Positions 1 to 12,518 of a stretch of 64,000 nt of DNA are shown one piece after another. The position numbers were made by a program, and so were the translations under genes. Within the stretch, counting starts at the first letter, position 1; each line of letters starts with the position of its first letter. This DNA is from Botryllus schlosseri (taxonomy: Eukaryota). Location: the NCBI GenBank assembly GCA_051294905.1, contig CM119378.1, positions 17,980,001 through 18,044,000 of the forward strand, written 5' to 3'. The notes below the pieces were generated by a model. It ran no database searches, was not told where the DNA came from, and saw nothing but the letters and a program-made list of their open reading frames with translations.

Positions 1-729
1 GGCCGAAGCCACATGTTTTCATCCCCCTCCAGCCCAAATAAACACTGATCTTGGGCTCACCGTAAGGTAATCGATGCAACTCCTGGGGGCTTACTTTATG
101 CATCTGGTCGTTAAATGATTTGAATGAATTCTGTCAATAATATTGGTTCTTCCATATATTACTATATAATTTTGATCCTCTCTCCGCCCGCATGATCAGA
201 GTTAGCGGTAGAGCAGGTGGAGGGAGCGTAATTGTATATCGTCAAGTTATGTTCATGTCACACCGATAAGATTATTTCGGCCTAATGCTGATGCGCACGA
301 TTACATACTAATTGAACGTTAATGCTGAAGTAAACAAGTATTCCGGAGTGTCATACGTCGCATGCCCTTGAAAAGGCTGAGCATTAAACTCAGACTGAAG
401 TGCATTTGATGCAGATTTATGGTAGGCCTACATCGGTATAGGTCGTATTATTAATTATTGTGACATAAAAATAGCAATATATTATCAATTATCGACTTCC
501 TGTGGAGGTATATCGCACCACCGCAATGAATGGTATTGGATTGAGGATTTAACGCAGCACATTATCTTTCGAATCGGTCTAAAACGGTGGTCGGGAACTT
601 ATGGCTCTTTTGGGCATAAGATTTGGCTCTGCGAGATTTTTATTTTTGTGCTCATTATATATATTGCAGTAACTTTTTATTAAATCTTCAGCACGACCAG
701 TATAATTATTTTTGTGGCAGTATAAACAT

Positions 730-1288
730 CAGGGTTGTAATGACTCGAGTCCGACTCGAGTCACGATTTTCTTGTGACTCGACTTGACTCGAGTCATTTT
801 TTCAAAATACGGAAATGACTCGACTCGACTCGAGTCAATCTGTGTATTGACTCGACTTGGACTCGAGTCATTGCGCATGACTCGAACCAAGTCATTGACT
901 CGACGAGACTCACACGGCCAAGACCGACATTTCATTGTAATTCCGAAGCCAAAACACTATTGGGATTTCGTCTATTGGTACTGGTACTTGAAAATGCGAC
1001 CAGAAACTGCTAAGAGTGAGGAAAATTGGTATATTGTAAATGTGAACCGTTCGATATCACCAAACAGAGCTATAAATAAGTGGATTTACCAAGACTGAGC
1101 AGTGAACACGATGACTTGGACTCGGACTCGAGTCATAATTCCATGACTCGGACTTGACCCTCTGCTCGCTGACTTGGACTCGGACTTGACTCGGTGGTGA
1201 ATTGAAATGACTCGTCTTGACTCGAGTCAAAACTATAAAAGCGAGATTGGCTTGTGACTCGGAGCCTGGTGACTTGGTTACAACCCTG
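730..1288. mobile_element. hAT-type MITE (GACTCGA-rich family)
   Basis: TIR cagggttgtaa / ttacaaccctg; perfect 8-bp TSD ataaacat (722-729, 1289-1296); subterminal gactcga repeats; relatives at 49955, 57234, 60219. Confidence 0.92.
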
Positions 1289-2309
1289 ATAAACATGTCG
1301 TTGAGAGGTTGATACAGTGGCGTTTTCGGGGTTCGGGGCTCGGACCGCCTTTTCAAAATCCTCAAATTTAGGTTGCTGTCGCGCCGGCGACCAATATCAC
1401 TCCCGAATTCGATGTACTCGCCCACGAAATCTTTGATTGCGCGATACGTTGATAGATCAAAGAGAGTAGGATACACGTGGCGGCCTGCATCACAATGATA
1501 TTTTCAAATACACATTGTCTTCCTAATCTACAGCGAGCAATAACTATCGTTGAAGTGACATTGACTATTACAAATTCAAATCACACAAAACCCCATAGCT
1601 ATCCACGTTCTTGGTTGATAGCGTAGCTTTAGTCGCTGTTAAAATGTATAGGGATGTAGGCGTGTGGCGCAACGTTATGTTACCGCCGAATACTTTCAGA
1701 ATTGAGAAGTCCGATCGGAATCAGTGCGACAATTACATTCGATTAATATCAGTTAATATAAATTCTATGATATTTACGATGAATTGCGTGCCTCGATCAC
1801 CTCTGTCACCACTCCTTTCACGCTTTATTTTCGAACAATAAATAGGCAAGTTGTATATTTTGGTAGCAAAAATGCTCAAAATGCTGTAGACAGGTGAGGA
1901 AAGGACGTAGCTTATTTTTATCCTTGATGTTTTGCGGCATATACACCGACTCATGATTAGGGCTGGGCATAATGATTCGAGTACTCGAATCTGAATCGAG
2001 TATTAATTTGGATGATTCGAGTCGAGTAGTAAAACATGATTTTTTCGAGTACTGAAATTATACGCTCCTCGCAACTGAAAGTTAATTTACTAACGAGAAT
2101 TACAGTTTTGACACTATTTTCCACTGAGGAAGCCTGAAACCTTGATTGGCCGTGTCGCAGCATACGAGACATATCGCAAAGCTACGAACGTTACTGGAAA
2201 TAACACATTTCCGAAGTCATGATCAACCCGCAACATTGTCAAGAAGTGCAATGAAATCGTTATGGTTGAAAAAATACCAAAGTATCTTTAATGTGATGGA
2301 TAGCATGCG

Positions 2310-5300
2310 CAGTGGTGGCTTTTGGGGTAGGCGAGGTAGGCGGTCGCCTAGGGCCCCCCCTGGTTGATTTACGCGCTTTCGAGGCCCCCCCCTCCTCAGT
2401 TTACGCGCTTTTTTCAACTATCTCTCCGGTTTACGCGCTTTTTTTCAAGTATTACCATTTTCCGAATAACCGCGGAATCCTTGTATCCATAAAGAATCTT
2501 GGTATTGTACCGTAAAGAGGGGTCAAACATCAATCCACATTTTTTAGTAATCATTTTACGAATAAACACAAAAATCCATGCACCAATGTAGAATATGGTA
2601 CCGTAAGCAATTGTCGATCATTAAATTCCTGCACTTGGTGCAAGAGCTCACTTCGATTTTATAATCTCTATCCATTTTGCCATTAGTTAAAGGGCCCCCT
2701 CCTACATTTACGCGAATGTTATCATTTTGCAGATAACTGCGAAAATACATGTACCCATGTAGAATATAATACCGTAAACAGTAGTCAACCCGCTAAAAGA
2801 GCTTACTTTGATTTTATAGGGGGGGGGCCTCCTACATTTATGCAAATTTTAGTTATCATTTTGCGAATAGCGGTGAAAATACATGTAGGCCTACTGCCTA
2901 CATATGTAAAATATAGTACCGTAAGCAGTAGTCGATCATTAATTTCTGCAGTAGTTGCAAGAGCTCACTTTGATTTTATGATCTCTATCCATTTTGACCG
3001 TAGCTAAAGGGCACCCCTCCTACATTTACGCGAATGTTATCATTTTGCAAATAACTGTGAAAATACATGTACCCATGTAGAATATAATACCGTAAACAGT
3101 AGTCAATTATTAAATTTCTGCGCCCGCTAAATTGGCTTACTTTGATTTTATGAGGAGGGCCTTCCTTCTTCATTTATGCGATTTTTGGTTATCATTTTAC
3201 GAATAACCGTGAAAATATATGTACCCATGTAGCATCTGGTACAGTAAACAGCAGTCGATCATTACATTTCTGCATCAGCTAAATAGCTTGCTTTGATTTT
3301 ATGAGGCCCCCCCTACATTTATGCGAATTTTCGCTATCATTTTGCGAATAACCGTGAAAATATATTTACCGATGTCGAATATGGTACCGTAAACAGTCTA
3401 TCATTAAATTTCTGCACCCGCTAAAAGAGCTTACTTTGAATTCATGTGGGCCCCCCCTCCCACATTTATGCGAATTTTCGTAATCATTTTGCGAATAACC
3501 GTGAAAATACATGCAGGCCTACAGATGTTGTAGAATATGGTACTATAAACGGTGTTCGATAATTGAATTTCTGTGCTTGTTAAAAGAGCTTACTTCTATT
3601 TTATGTCAATGAGGTCATATTATAACGTAATGAATTATTATTGAATATATACTTCCTAGTGGCAGCAGTGTATATTTCAGTGCATCAAAATTTTCCAGTA
3701 TATGTTTGTGTGAGATTCTACTTGCTAGCTCTTGATGCCAGCTTTCATATGGTATGTTAATTTCTAATGAAGCGAGGCCACACTGAGCCTGAATATCCAA
3801 AATATCAAAGGAAATAGTCATTTGAAAAGCCAATGAAAGCATGTAGGCTATTATAGCCTATATATTGTTGTTTACTGAGCCATTCTCATGACTCAACATA
3901 TTTGTTGTGAATTAGGCCTTTTCTGAATGGAAATCCATTCTCGGGGTTGTCATGATTTGTTCATTTCTTGTCTGGCAGCTTCCTAAGCACTCAAAGGTTA
4001 TGCATTATGGTGCTTTAAGCTGTTTGCAGGAATCTTAGATTGCAACTTTTCTTCATTTTTTCAAGCAATTTTTGCAGCTTTTCGATTTTTCATGCAACTC
4101 ACTTTTTACTGGAAATATTTGGTACTATATGTAAATAGATCGCTTGATTATTTCACTGTGGTTTGAATTTGAGGTCATTTCAGATTTGACGTACAATTAT
4201 ATTACCACTGGGTCAATTTTTTCAGGCAATTGATTTTGTCGAAGGCGATTACACTGAGTTTTGCGACAGTGCCTTGGATACGAATCGATTCGAGTATCTC
4301 ATACCTTAATAATTTAAAGGAACTTATCCATAAATGTACCTTTTTAGTGTAACTTTAGTGAAAAATAAATGCAATTTTCCACGGATTTGACTGCAACCAA
4401 GATTTGCCCTAAGATCAGGTGTTGCATAAGACAATTTTGACCATTACATTCTTCAAATGGGCTACCATTTCAATATGAATATGACCCTGTAAACAGCATA
4501 TTAAGTAAGGCGCACTCGTCAGTTGACAACGTACACTTCTACGATGAGTTTGGTCACTCATTTAAAAGTTATGTTGTAATTTGTTGCATCAGTAGCTCCT
4601 AATTACCGTACTCTAGTCAAGTATCTGCTACAATGCCGCGAGTACATGCTAAATGTAAGTCAGAATCTCAGAAAAGGAAGTGGTTGAAAGAAATTACAAT
4701 GCAAATTTTGAACTGCTACACAAATATTTTAACAATTAATGTCAGCTCAGGAATGTTCTGCACAAATTGAGGATGATGCTGTTTTCCCGAACAACTATAA
4801 TGCCTTATGTCTTGAATGATGTAACAGTGCTTTCAAATACGTATATGGTATTTGATTGTAGTGGTTTTTTGTCTATGCTATTTGTGGCTTTTTAGGTTTA
4901 ATCCAACCAGGCAAGTTATTACAGACAAAAAGATATTCTCCATATCTTACAAATTTCTCATTAGTGAGTGGTATTTCGTGTGTGTAACAGTTTATTTACA
5001 AATTGCGCTGCTACTATAGTACCGTATGTACGTATACTTCAAAGTTTGTTGTTGTTGCCATTGTTACAATGCGAATGTCATGGTTTGTGATTTTGATTGT
5101 TGCATCATACTTTGCCTTTTTGGTTTTGCTTTTAAATCTGTTTAAATCCCTTTGGTGTGCCGTTAACTCTTGAAAAGTGGCACCCGAAAATTCTTCTAGT
5201 GCAGGAAATATTATATTACAATGGATGTTGTATTGAAAGCTATATTCTTACGGATCGTGCAACTAGCTCTTCACAGGTTATACCAGTGCTGATGTGTTCC

Positions 5301-5837
5301 TGTGGTATTACTGGTGTTGTACCATGTTGCCGCACATTTTGCTCTATGCCTAATCATGCAACAAAATCTTCTTGGTAGAAAAAAGATAGGCCCAATCCAG
5401 CACCTGGCTGAAACCTTGACGCGGTGTGCTGGCTTATTACTAATGTCAGCCGACAGCTTTCTGGATTTATTTTTATATGGTCTATTTGGCGTGCAGTTGC
5501 ATTGGTATACTATTGTGTCATGCTACATCCCATAATTCTTCTAAATTGGTGGGTCTCGACACGCACTATAGTTCACTTGAGTCACTTGTTTTCAAATATG
5601 ACAAGTAGTACTTTGGCATGTCATTATAATTATTTAATATGGTTACAGTTTTATCATGATGTACAGACAATGTACTACCGGAACAGTGCATACGAGGCGT
5701 ACAACAATAAAAGTATCGTTCAGCGTTAGTAAGGGGGGTCTGGGGGGCGTAGCCCCCCAGAAGTTCCGATAATGTAGATAAGGGGGGCCCCCCCAGAAGT
5801 TTCGCCTAGGGCCCCCCTAATCGTAAGGCCACCACTG
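2310..5837 (-). mobile_element. Decayed hAT DNA transposon nested in the 1958-6007 MITE
   Basis: TIR cagtggtggc / gccaccactg; perfect TSD agcatgcg (2302-2309, 5838-5845). Minus-strand 3640-5500 has only faint, stop-riddled similarity to hAT transposase (e.g. ELASRISHKHILENFDALK); the strand call rests on that weak signal. Confidence 0.85.
2520..3610. repeat. Diverged tandem repeat, ~145-bp unit, about 7 copies
   Basis: Anchor cctacattta(c/t)gcgaa recurs at about 2701, 2831, 3019, 3168, 3312, 3459. Confidence 0.85.
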
Positions 5838-6015
5838 AGCATGCGTTATGTTCCTTGTAGTGGCATAAAAGGTACATATTTGAACTTTAACATAGTACAT
5901 GTTGTTGTGACGTCATAATGAGTGATACTCGAATACTCGACTCGACTCGAAGCATAATACGTGATTCAGAATCGAATCACTCAGGTACTCGATTTTGCCC
6001 AGCCCTACTCATGAT

Positions 6016-7253
6016 ATACACAGACAGACACACACAAACGATCTGTGCATTGCATATACGTACAAGGTGCATATATATATCGTTGGGTCGTTGGGTCGTG
6101 CTCGCATCAACTCCAGGATTGAGAGTGCATTTTTACATGATGAGATCGAGAACAGCGTAAGAGAGATGAGTACCGTAACTCAACGTTGTGCCAAGCTTAA
6201 GCAGCAGGCAGTGCAGTTTTTATCTTATTTTGACCTGATACGGTTTTGTCGTTATATGGCCAAAATTGATGCACGTAAAGAGAATGAGAAGGTACGGCAG
6301 AATGAGCGTAACATCAGCTTGCTTCTCAGGACACGATACGGTACCAAGGCAGTCGCTGGTAGTAAGGTTATTACCAACTTATCGGACTATGAGCTGAGTG
6401 ACACAGAAGAGTTGGTACTATCTCTTGGTCTTGATTTTTCTGTGCCACCGACAGAAATCAAGCGTGAGGAAGTCTTTGCTGAATTTGAGGTATTACTTGG
6501 ACAATTGTCACATCATCACCAGAAATTTGATGATGAAAGCAGAGCAAAGGAACACAGTGAGTAAATTGTGACCCTTAAAGCCAAACTAAGTAGCTTAGCG
6601 CATGGTTTTTGTGGAACTCCAATCGACAGAAGTGATTTCACAATGACGTCCGATTGCTACAAGAGCATCAGATCCCTGAAATCGAATAAGTCAATTCATA
6701 TAACCAAGCCTGATAAAGGATCTGGTGTAGTCATTTTGAATAAGTGTGACTACATTTTTAAAATGGATTTAATTCTCGGCGACAAGTCTAAATTTGAAAT
6801 CATTGGCCCTGCGTGTGACAATGACAACACCTCCAAGATAGAAGCTCGTATTCAGCGTCTACTATTGACCCTCAAGAAGGCGGGAAAAATCTCTTCTGCT
6901 GAATACGACGATATCAGACCCACTGGCTCCATTCGACCACGTATGTATGGTCTTCCGAAGACCCATAAATCGAATGTACCCTTACGTCCGATACTATCGA
7001 TGGTTGGATCAGCGTATCACAAAGTCGCGAAGTGGATTGCGAGATATCTTGAGCCGGTGAGTTTGTTCTATGGTGGTAACTGCATTCGTGACTCGTTCAC
7101 ATTTGCTGATACCATTCGTAATGTTGATCTCGATGAGTCCGGAATCTCTATGTGTTCGTTTGATATATCTAGTTTATTCACGAACGTGCCAGTTCAAGAG
7201 ACTATAGAGATTTGTGCCAATGAACTCTATGGTGGTGTCCTTCCATCTACTCC
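6016..7253 (+). pseudogene. Penelope ORF, 5' part (N-terminal domain and RT motifs up to SFDISSLF)
   Basis: ORFs 5995-6564 and 6568-7287 share a frame with one TAA at 6565-6567; the frame is cut at 7253 by the LINE. Confidence 0.88.
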
Positions 7254-9551
7254 AACGCCGTCAAATCCGCCGGTCTCCACCAAATGATCACCGAGCCCTC
7301 ACGCATAACCGGAAAGTCAAGGACTTTGATCGACCACATATATACCAACTCGCGCGACATAAAAATCATTCCATTTGTCATTTCGGCAAAAATCAGTGAC
7401 CACAACCATATTGGTTTTCTATCACAAGAGCAACAAAGGACACCCCCCGAAACATATCACCTCTGCAGACGACGAGAGATAGTGGACGAAGAAGCGCTCG
7501 ATGATGCCGCATACAATCAATTTAAAACATCAGCCATCCCCCACATCTCGGTAAACAACTTTGACGAAAAATTTGTTGAGTTTATGTCTGCTATCAAATC
7601 ACTGCTGGAACAATTTGTACCTCTACAGCGCCTTTCGAGAAGTCAAAGAAAATTGAAGCGAAATCCGTGGATGACCACAAAGCTGATTCAACTTATCCGT
7701 AAACGTAACCGGTGGCATAACCGAATAGACACCAAGAACTGCCCAGAACATGAACGAGAAAGATTTCGACGTTTCAGGAATCGCAACGTGCATCTCATTT
7801 CCAAGGCAAAAGCAAAGTACAATGAGAGATTTTTCAACAGACACATAAAGGACACTCGAAAAACATGGTCAGGACTTAACTCTCTCCTACATCGAAAAAA
7901 AGGCCATAAGTCTGTTTCGGAAATTGTGAATTCGGATACCGGAAACAAACTTTCAGACCCGGCGGCCATCGCGAATCACTTCAATGAATATTTTTGTAAC
8001 GTAGGCCCAAATATTGCTTCTTCTATTACAAAACCTGTGTCGGCCAGGTCAAAGGTGAGATCGATATCCCAGTCAATTGTGCTTGAACCTACGACCAAAT
8101 ACGAAGTAGAAGTAGCCATCCACAAACTGAAATCGCACAAGGCCGACGGCTATGACCAAATCCCATCATGGTTTTTAAAAATGATAAGCCTGCATATCGG
8201 TCAATATACGGCCCATTTTTTCAACTTCATGATAGAAAATGGAGTCTACCCAAACTATCTAAAAAAAGCCAGAGTAGTCCCTGTACACAAAGCTGGGGAT
8301 AGAACTAATGTCACCAACTACCGTCCGATATCCGTTCTCTCATGCATCGGGATTGTATTCGAAAAGTTGCTCCTCTCCCGCCTGTCCTCGTTCCTCGCCA
8401 AAATGTCTGTCATTTCCCCTCAACAATTTGGCTTCCGAAACAAACACCAAACCGCTCATGCCCTCCTAACAGTGGCCGAACAGTACTATGATGTCTCGGA
8501 GAAGCGAAATGTGGGATGCAGCATTTTTCTCGACCTAAAAAAAGCGTTTGACTGCGTAGATCATAAAATTCTCATCTCGAAATTGGCGCGTTACGGACTT
8601 CGGGGCCCACAACTTGAGCTCATGAAAAGTTACCTCACTGGACGCCAACAAATGGTTGAGATCTCAGACACCTTGTCCTCTCCTCACCCGGTGACCTGTG
8701 GTGTGCCCCAGGGCTCAGTACTTGGACCGGTCCTTTTCACCTTATATGTCAACGACATTTTTGAAACCTCCTCATTGAACACCACACTGTTCGCTGATGA
8801 TACTCACCTCCTTTCTTCCGCATCTTCGACGGCAGAGCTGGATGCCCTGACTGGTGACCAAATGCCCAAAGTCCATGAGTGGACGGCCCAGAACAACCTT
8901 TGCATAAACGCCTCGAAATCGCAATTGCTGACAGTAAATTCAAAAAATAACCTAACCGTTAATATCGCTGGTCAGCCCGTTTCCAACACAGACAATGCCA
9001 AATATCTCGGAGTTTTACTGGACTCGAACATGTCCTGGAAGAGTCATATTCATTCCCCAGAAACTAAATTATCACCGAAGTGCGGCCTGTTCTACAGCCT
9101 TGGGCGCTTCATGCCAGCATGGGTTCTTCTGATACTCTTTAAATCCTTAATCCAATCGAAGTTACATTATGGCATCCTCTGTTGGGGGGCTGCCAGTAAA
9201 ACTGCACTCAAGCCACTGCAGAAACTACAGCATAAAGTACTCCGAATCATAGCTAGGGCCCCAAAGGGGCCTGGCTGCCCATCCAATAAGTCGCTGCTGA
9301 AGAGATTCGGCGTCCTAAACATAGAAGATATGCAGAAACTAGAAATCGCCAAGTTGATGTATCAGTTTCACTGCGGTCGTTGTCCCGAATATTTCAATGA
9401 CTTCTTTACCTCTGAATCACGACCACGGACCACGACTGACCTATCGATCTCGCTTCCCATGACATGCCGCCCTATTTCTTGTCACATTCTTTTTCTATAT
9501 TATCTTCTTTACTTTCATTCAGTGTGCATGCCTCCTCTTTACATCGCCTAG
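7254..9551 (+). CDS. LINE ORF2 (truncated endonuclease + reverse transcriptase)
   Basis: Stop-free frame from 7254 (NAVKSAGLHQMITEPSRIT); YRPIS, QFGFR, FLDLKKAFDCVDH, GVPQGSVLGP, LFADDT, KYLGV. The last ~40 aa look like read-through into 3' UTR. Confidence 0.88.
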   Translation, partial: NAVKSAGLHQMITEPSRITGKSRTLIDHIYTNSRDIKIIPFVISAKISDHNHIGFLSQEQQRTPPETYHLCRRREIVDEEALDDAAYNQFKTSAIPHISVNNFDEKFVEFMSAIKSLLEQFVPLQRLSRSQRKLKRNPWMTTKLIQLIRKRNRWHNRIDTKNCPEHERERFRRFRNRNVHLISKAKAKYNERFFNRHIKDTRKTWSGLNSLLHRKKGHKSVSEIVNSDTGNKLSDPAAIANHFNEYFCNVGPNIASSITKPVSARSKVRSISQSIVLEPTTKYEVEVAIHKLKSHKADGYDQIPSWFLKMISLHIGQYTAHFFNFMIENGVYPNYLKKARVVPVHKAGDRTNVTNYRPISVLSCIGIVFEKLLLSRLSSFLAKMSVISPQQFGFRNKHQTAHALLTVAEQYYDVSEKRNVGCSIFLDLKKAFDCVDHKILISKLARYGLRGPQLELMKSYLTGRQQMVEISDTLSSPHPVTCGVPQGSVLGPVLFTLYVNDIFETSSLNTTLFADDTHLLSSASSTAELDALTGDQMPKVHEWTAQNNLCINASKSQLLTVNSKNNLTVNIAGQPVSNTDNAKYLGVLLDSNMSWKSHIHSPETKLSPKCGLFYSLGRFMPAWVLLILFKSLIQSKLHYGILCWGAASKTALKPLQKLQHKVLRIIARAPKGPGCPSNKSLLKRFGVLNIEDMQKLEIAKLMYQFHCGRCPEYFNDFFTSESRPRTTTDLSISLPMTCRPISCHILFLYYLLYFHSVCMPPLYIA

Positions 9552-9553
9552 GC

Positions 9554-12382
9554 CAGCGGTTCCCAACCTTTTTGGTGCCGTGACCCTTTTATAACATTTG
9601 CCAAGTTGCGGTGACCCCAAGGATAAAATTAGTTAAGTTGATCCTCCTTCACTGCACTTTTGGAGCCTCCTTCACTGCACTTTTGGAGCTAACTAGTAGG
9701 CTACTAGGCTATATATTAAATTTGACTTCTAAATAAATGAACAACACAACAAATCAACTTATCAACACAACAATTTGTTCAGTGAGAAGGCTGTGCTTGC
9801 TTCTTTTTAGCCAGATCTGAAATCCTTGGAGCAGTCTTTGCAAGAGCACAACGCAGATCATCTCCTGCATCAAGTCTGCTCCTGTATTTAGATTTGTTAA
9901 CCAACAAGCTTGAAAAGCCTGTTTCACAAAGGTATGTTGTTGGAAAAGGAAGAATCAGGCGCAATGCGATCTCAGACAGAACGGGATATGACTGCAAACT
10001 CTTGATCCAAAATTTGGTAATTGACAATGAAGAAAAATCAGATTTTGCTGCATCACTGGTAATGAGTTCAATGAACTCCTCTTGTGCATTCTCAGGAACA
10101 TCTTCAACTCTGATGGTGAATGGGCTTCTAGCAAGTGCAAATGGTGTGTCAGGTAAATTAGGAAAATATCTTGAAATTTCTTCTTCAAGAATTTTGAAGT
10201 GTTCTTTGACAGAAAGTATTGTTCTATTCATTGTTTCCTGTTCAATATCATTTTCCTCAAAGAAAGCAGATAAGTTCGGCAACATGTAAATTCTATTTTC
10301 ATCCAATTTTTTTTTGTCAAAGTTGAAGTTTCAACTTGAATGCTCGGATCTTTTCTGACAAATCTAGGCATGTTGCATTTGGTCCTTGGAGAGACAAATT
10401 TAACTCATTTCAGATTGCAAAGATGTCAACCAAGTAAGCAATTTTGTGAAGTTGGTTTTTGTCGCCGAAAAGTGCTTCAAACTGTGGTTTAGATTTTTGA
10501 TTAAAAAATGTTTTCAATTCATCACGAAGATCAAAAACACGTTTCAAAATTTTGCCTCTGGACAACCATCTCACACTAGTGTGAAATAACAGTACATTAT
10601 TGGATGCATCCAACTCACTGCAAACTTTTGAAAATAGGCGGCTGTTTAAAGCACTAGCTTTTACAAAATTCACGACACTTACAACGCTTTTCATTGTATC
10701 TTGGAATTCTTGTGAATTCGATGGCTTTCGGTGATGCATTGATTACCAAACGTTGAAATCCAGACCTACATCCCAGCATTGCTGGAGTACCGTCTGTGCA
10801 AACACCACAAACATTTTCCCAAGGAATGCCATGATTTTGCAGAAATGATCCAACTGTGTCAAAGACATCGCGTGCAGTAGTTGTCGTTTCAAGTGGTTTG
10901 CAAAAAAGAAACTCATCTTTGAAATCACCTTCATAATTGTACCTCACGTAAACCAGTAACTGAGAACAGTTTGCCACATCTGTTGATTCATCAAGCTGGA
11001 TACTAAATATTCCAAGTGGAGCTGATTTCATTTCCTGGATTACTTGCTCCATAATATCAGCAGACATGTCGTCTATTCTTCTACTGACGGTGTTATTAGA
11101 CAAGGATATTGTATTCAGTTTGTTAACATATTCAGCTAAAAGCATAACTCGAACAACGTCTTTGGTTGCTGGCAGCAGCAACTCCTCGGCAATGGTGTGA
11201 GGTTTCTTGGCTTTGGCGATTCTGAGAGCCACCAAATATGAAGCTTCAATGGCTGCCACATTTTGCTGTTGGTACTTGCCGCCAGAATCCAGCCTGTTTT
11301 TTTTGACACAATCAGCTTTGTTCTTAAAATACTGGACATCCTTGCCCGCAAAGTTTGGATGCTTAGCGTCAAAATGGCGTTTCATTTTGTTGGGCTTCAT
11401 CGATTCGGCTGACATAATTGTGTTGCAAATGACACATTGTGGTTGTTCAATTCCTGCGTCAACTATGAAAGTAAATCCATACTTCAAAAATTCCTCACAA
11501 TATTTTCTTTTCCTAGGCCTAATACTTGTCTCTCATATCATCATGGGAAATCTGAAATTTTACAAAATAGCTAGCTAGCTATCGTAGGCTACCTATGGTT
11601 GATGCCGGGAATTCAATAGTAAGCCTACACTGGCTTGCCTAGGCTATCAACTGTGATACACTTTATTTCTGTCAGTAACTCTCGGAACCCACTTACAGCA
11701 CAAACTTATCAAGATGCATGACTGAAACGAGCTATTACACTACATACTATATATACAACTGTATTTCACGTAGTCTCGACGAGCGGCTTGCGCTGAGCAA
11801 GCTAGGCTGTTCATGACCAATCATTATTATGAAGCTGCAAGGGCTTCCACTGACGTGGGATCGAGCGCATCAACACCTGAACCAATCCGGCATTTTAACG
11901 GTAATTTTGTAAGTACGTGCAAAAACGATACTCACATTCGACATCGGAGTACTCAGACTCAGTCTCAATATCACTTGGCAAATCCGTTACAATGGAAACC
12001 TCGGCCATTACTGACTAGCTAGAATAAAAACTGCGAGAACACAAACAGCCGCTGTGACCGGTGTTGATAATATGTGTCATTCACTTGACGTCACAATGCA
12101 CATTCTGCCTTTTCTGTAAACATGCCAATATTGGAACTTTCAGTCAAAATTACGGCAATTTCCGATTGAGTTGAAACACGGAAAGTCGGTAATTTCGTCA
12201 TGAAAAAAATTCTGAACATGATTCCGCAAAGTTGTCATGAAGATGCAGTTGACCTTTAAGAGTTAACTTTCTAAATTTCTAAACTAATGAAATTCTAAAC
12301 TTTTCAGAAGGCCTCAGGTGACCCCAGGCAAATTGTCAGGCGACCCCAGTTGGGGTCGCGACCCACAGGTTGGGAACCGCTG
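9554..12382 (-). mobile_element. Charlie/Buster-type hAT transposon inserted in the LINE 3' UTR
   Basis: 16-bp perfect TIR cagcggttcccaacct; 8-bp TSD gcctaggc (9546-9553, 12383-12390); the empty site is seen in the second LINE copy near 49442. Confidence 0.95.
9779..11532 (-). pseudogene. hAT transposase, ZBED5/SCAND3/FAM200-like (BED finger + DDE), disrupted
   Basis: KRKYCEEFLKYGF, C..C BED finger, QLDESTD, CTDG, VRWLSRG, PFPTTYLCETGFS, APRISDL...QAQPSH; a deletion near 10720 and frameshift/stop near 10310-10410. Confidence 0.92.
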
Positions 12383-12518
12383 GCCTAGGCCAAGATGGGT
12401 GTCAGATTCCATAGACTACTCCCTGTCGCTTCGACATCTTCCTGTCTTTTCATTGTATCGCATTTTTGTGGTGTATTGAACTGATAAAATTGCTAATAAA
12501 CCAATGATGATGATGATG

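Larger units (their letters stand above)
1958..6007. mobile_element. hAT-type MITE (~0.5 kb) carrying a 3.5-kb nested insertion
   Basis: TIR tagggctgggc / gcccagcccta; perfect 8-bp TSD ctcatgat (1950-1957, 6008-6015); tactcga-type subterminal repeats at both ends. Confidence 0.9.
7254..12518 (+). mobile_element. 5'-truncated L2/CR1-type LINE inserted in the Penelope ORF
   Basis: APE tail (LIDHIYTN, SDH) and full RT; 3' UTR resumes at 12383 after the hAT; (ATG)n tail at 12504-12518; 3-bp TSD tcc (7251-7253, 12519-12521). Confidence 0.92.

Noticed and set aside
729-1476. Short ORFs overlapping the GACTCGA MITE, including 1057-1476
   Set aside because: They come from the low-complexity MITE; removing it leaves a 76-aa frame with a non-ATG start, an upstream stop and no recognisable motif.
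9894-10289. 131-aa plus-strand ORF (also 11207-11578)
   Set aside because: Antisense shadows of the hAT transposase.
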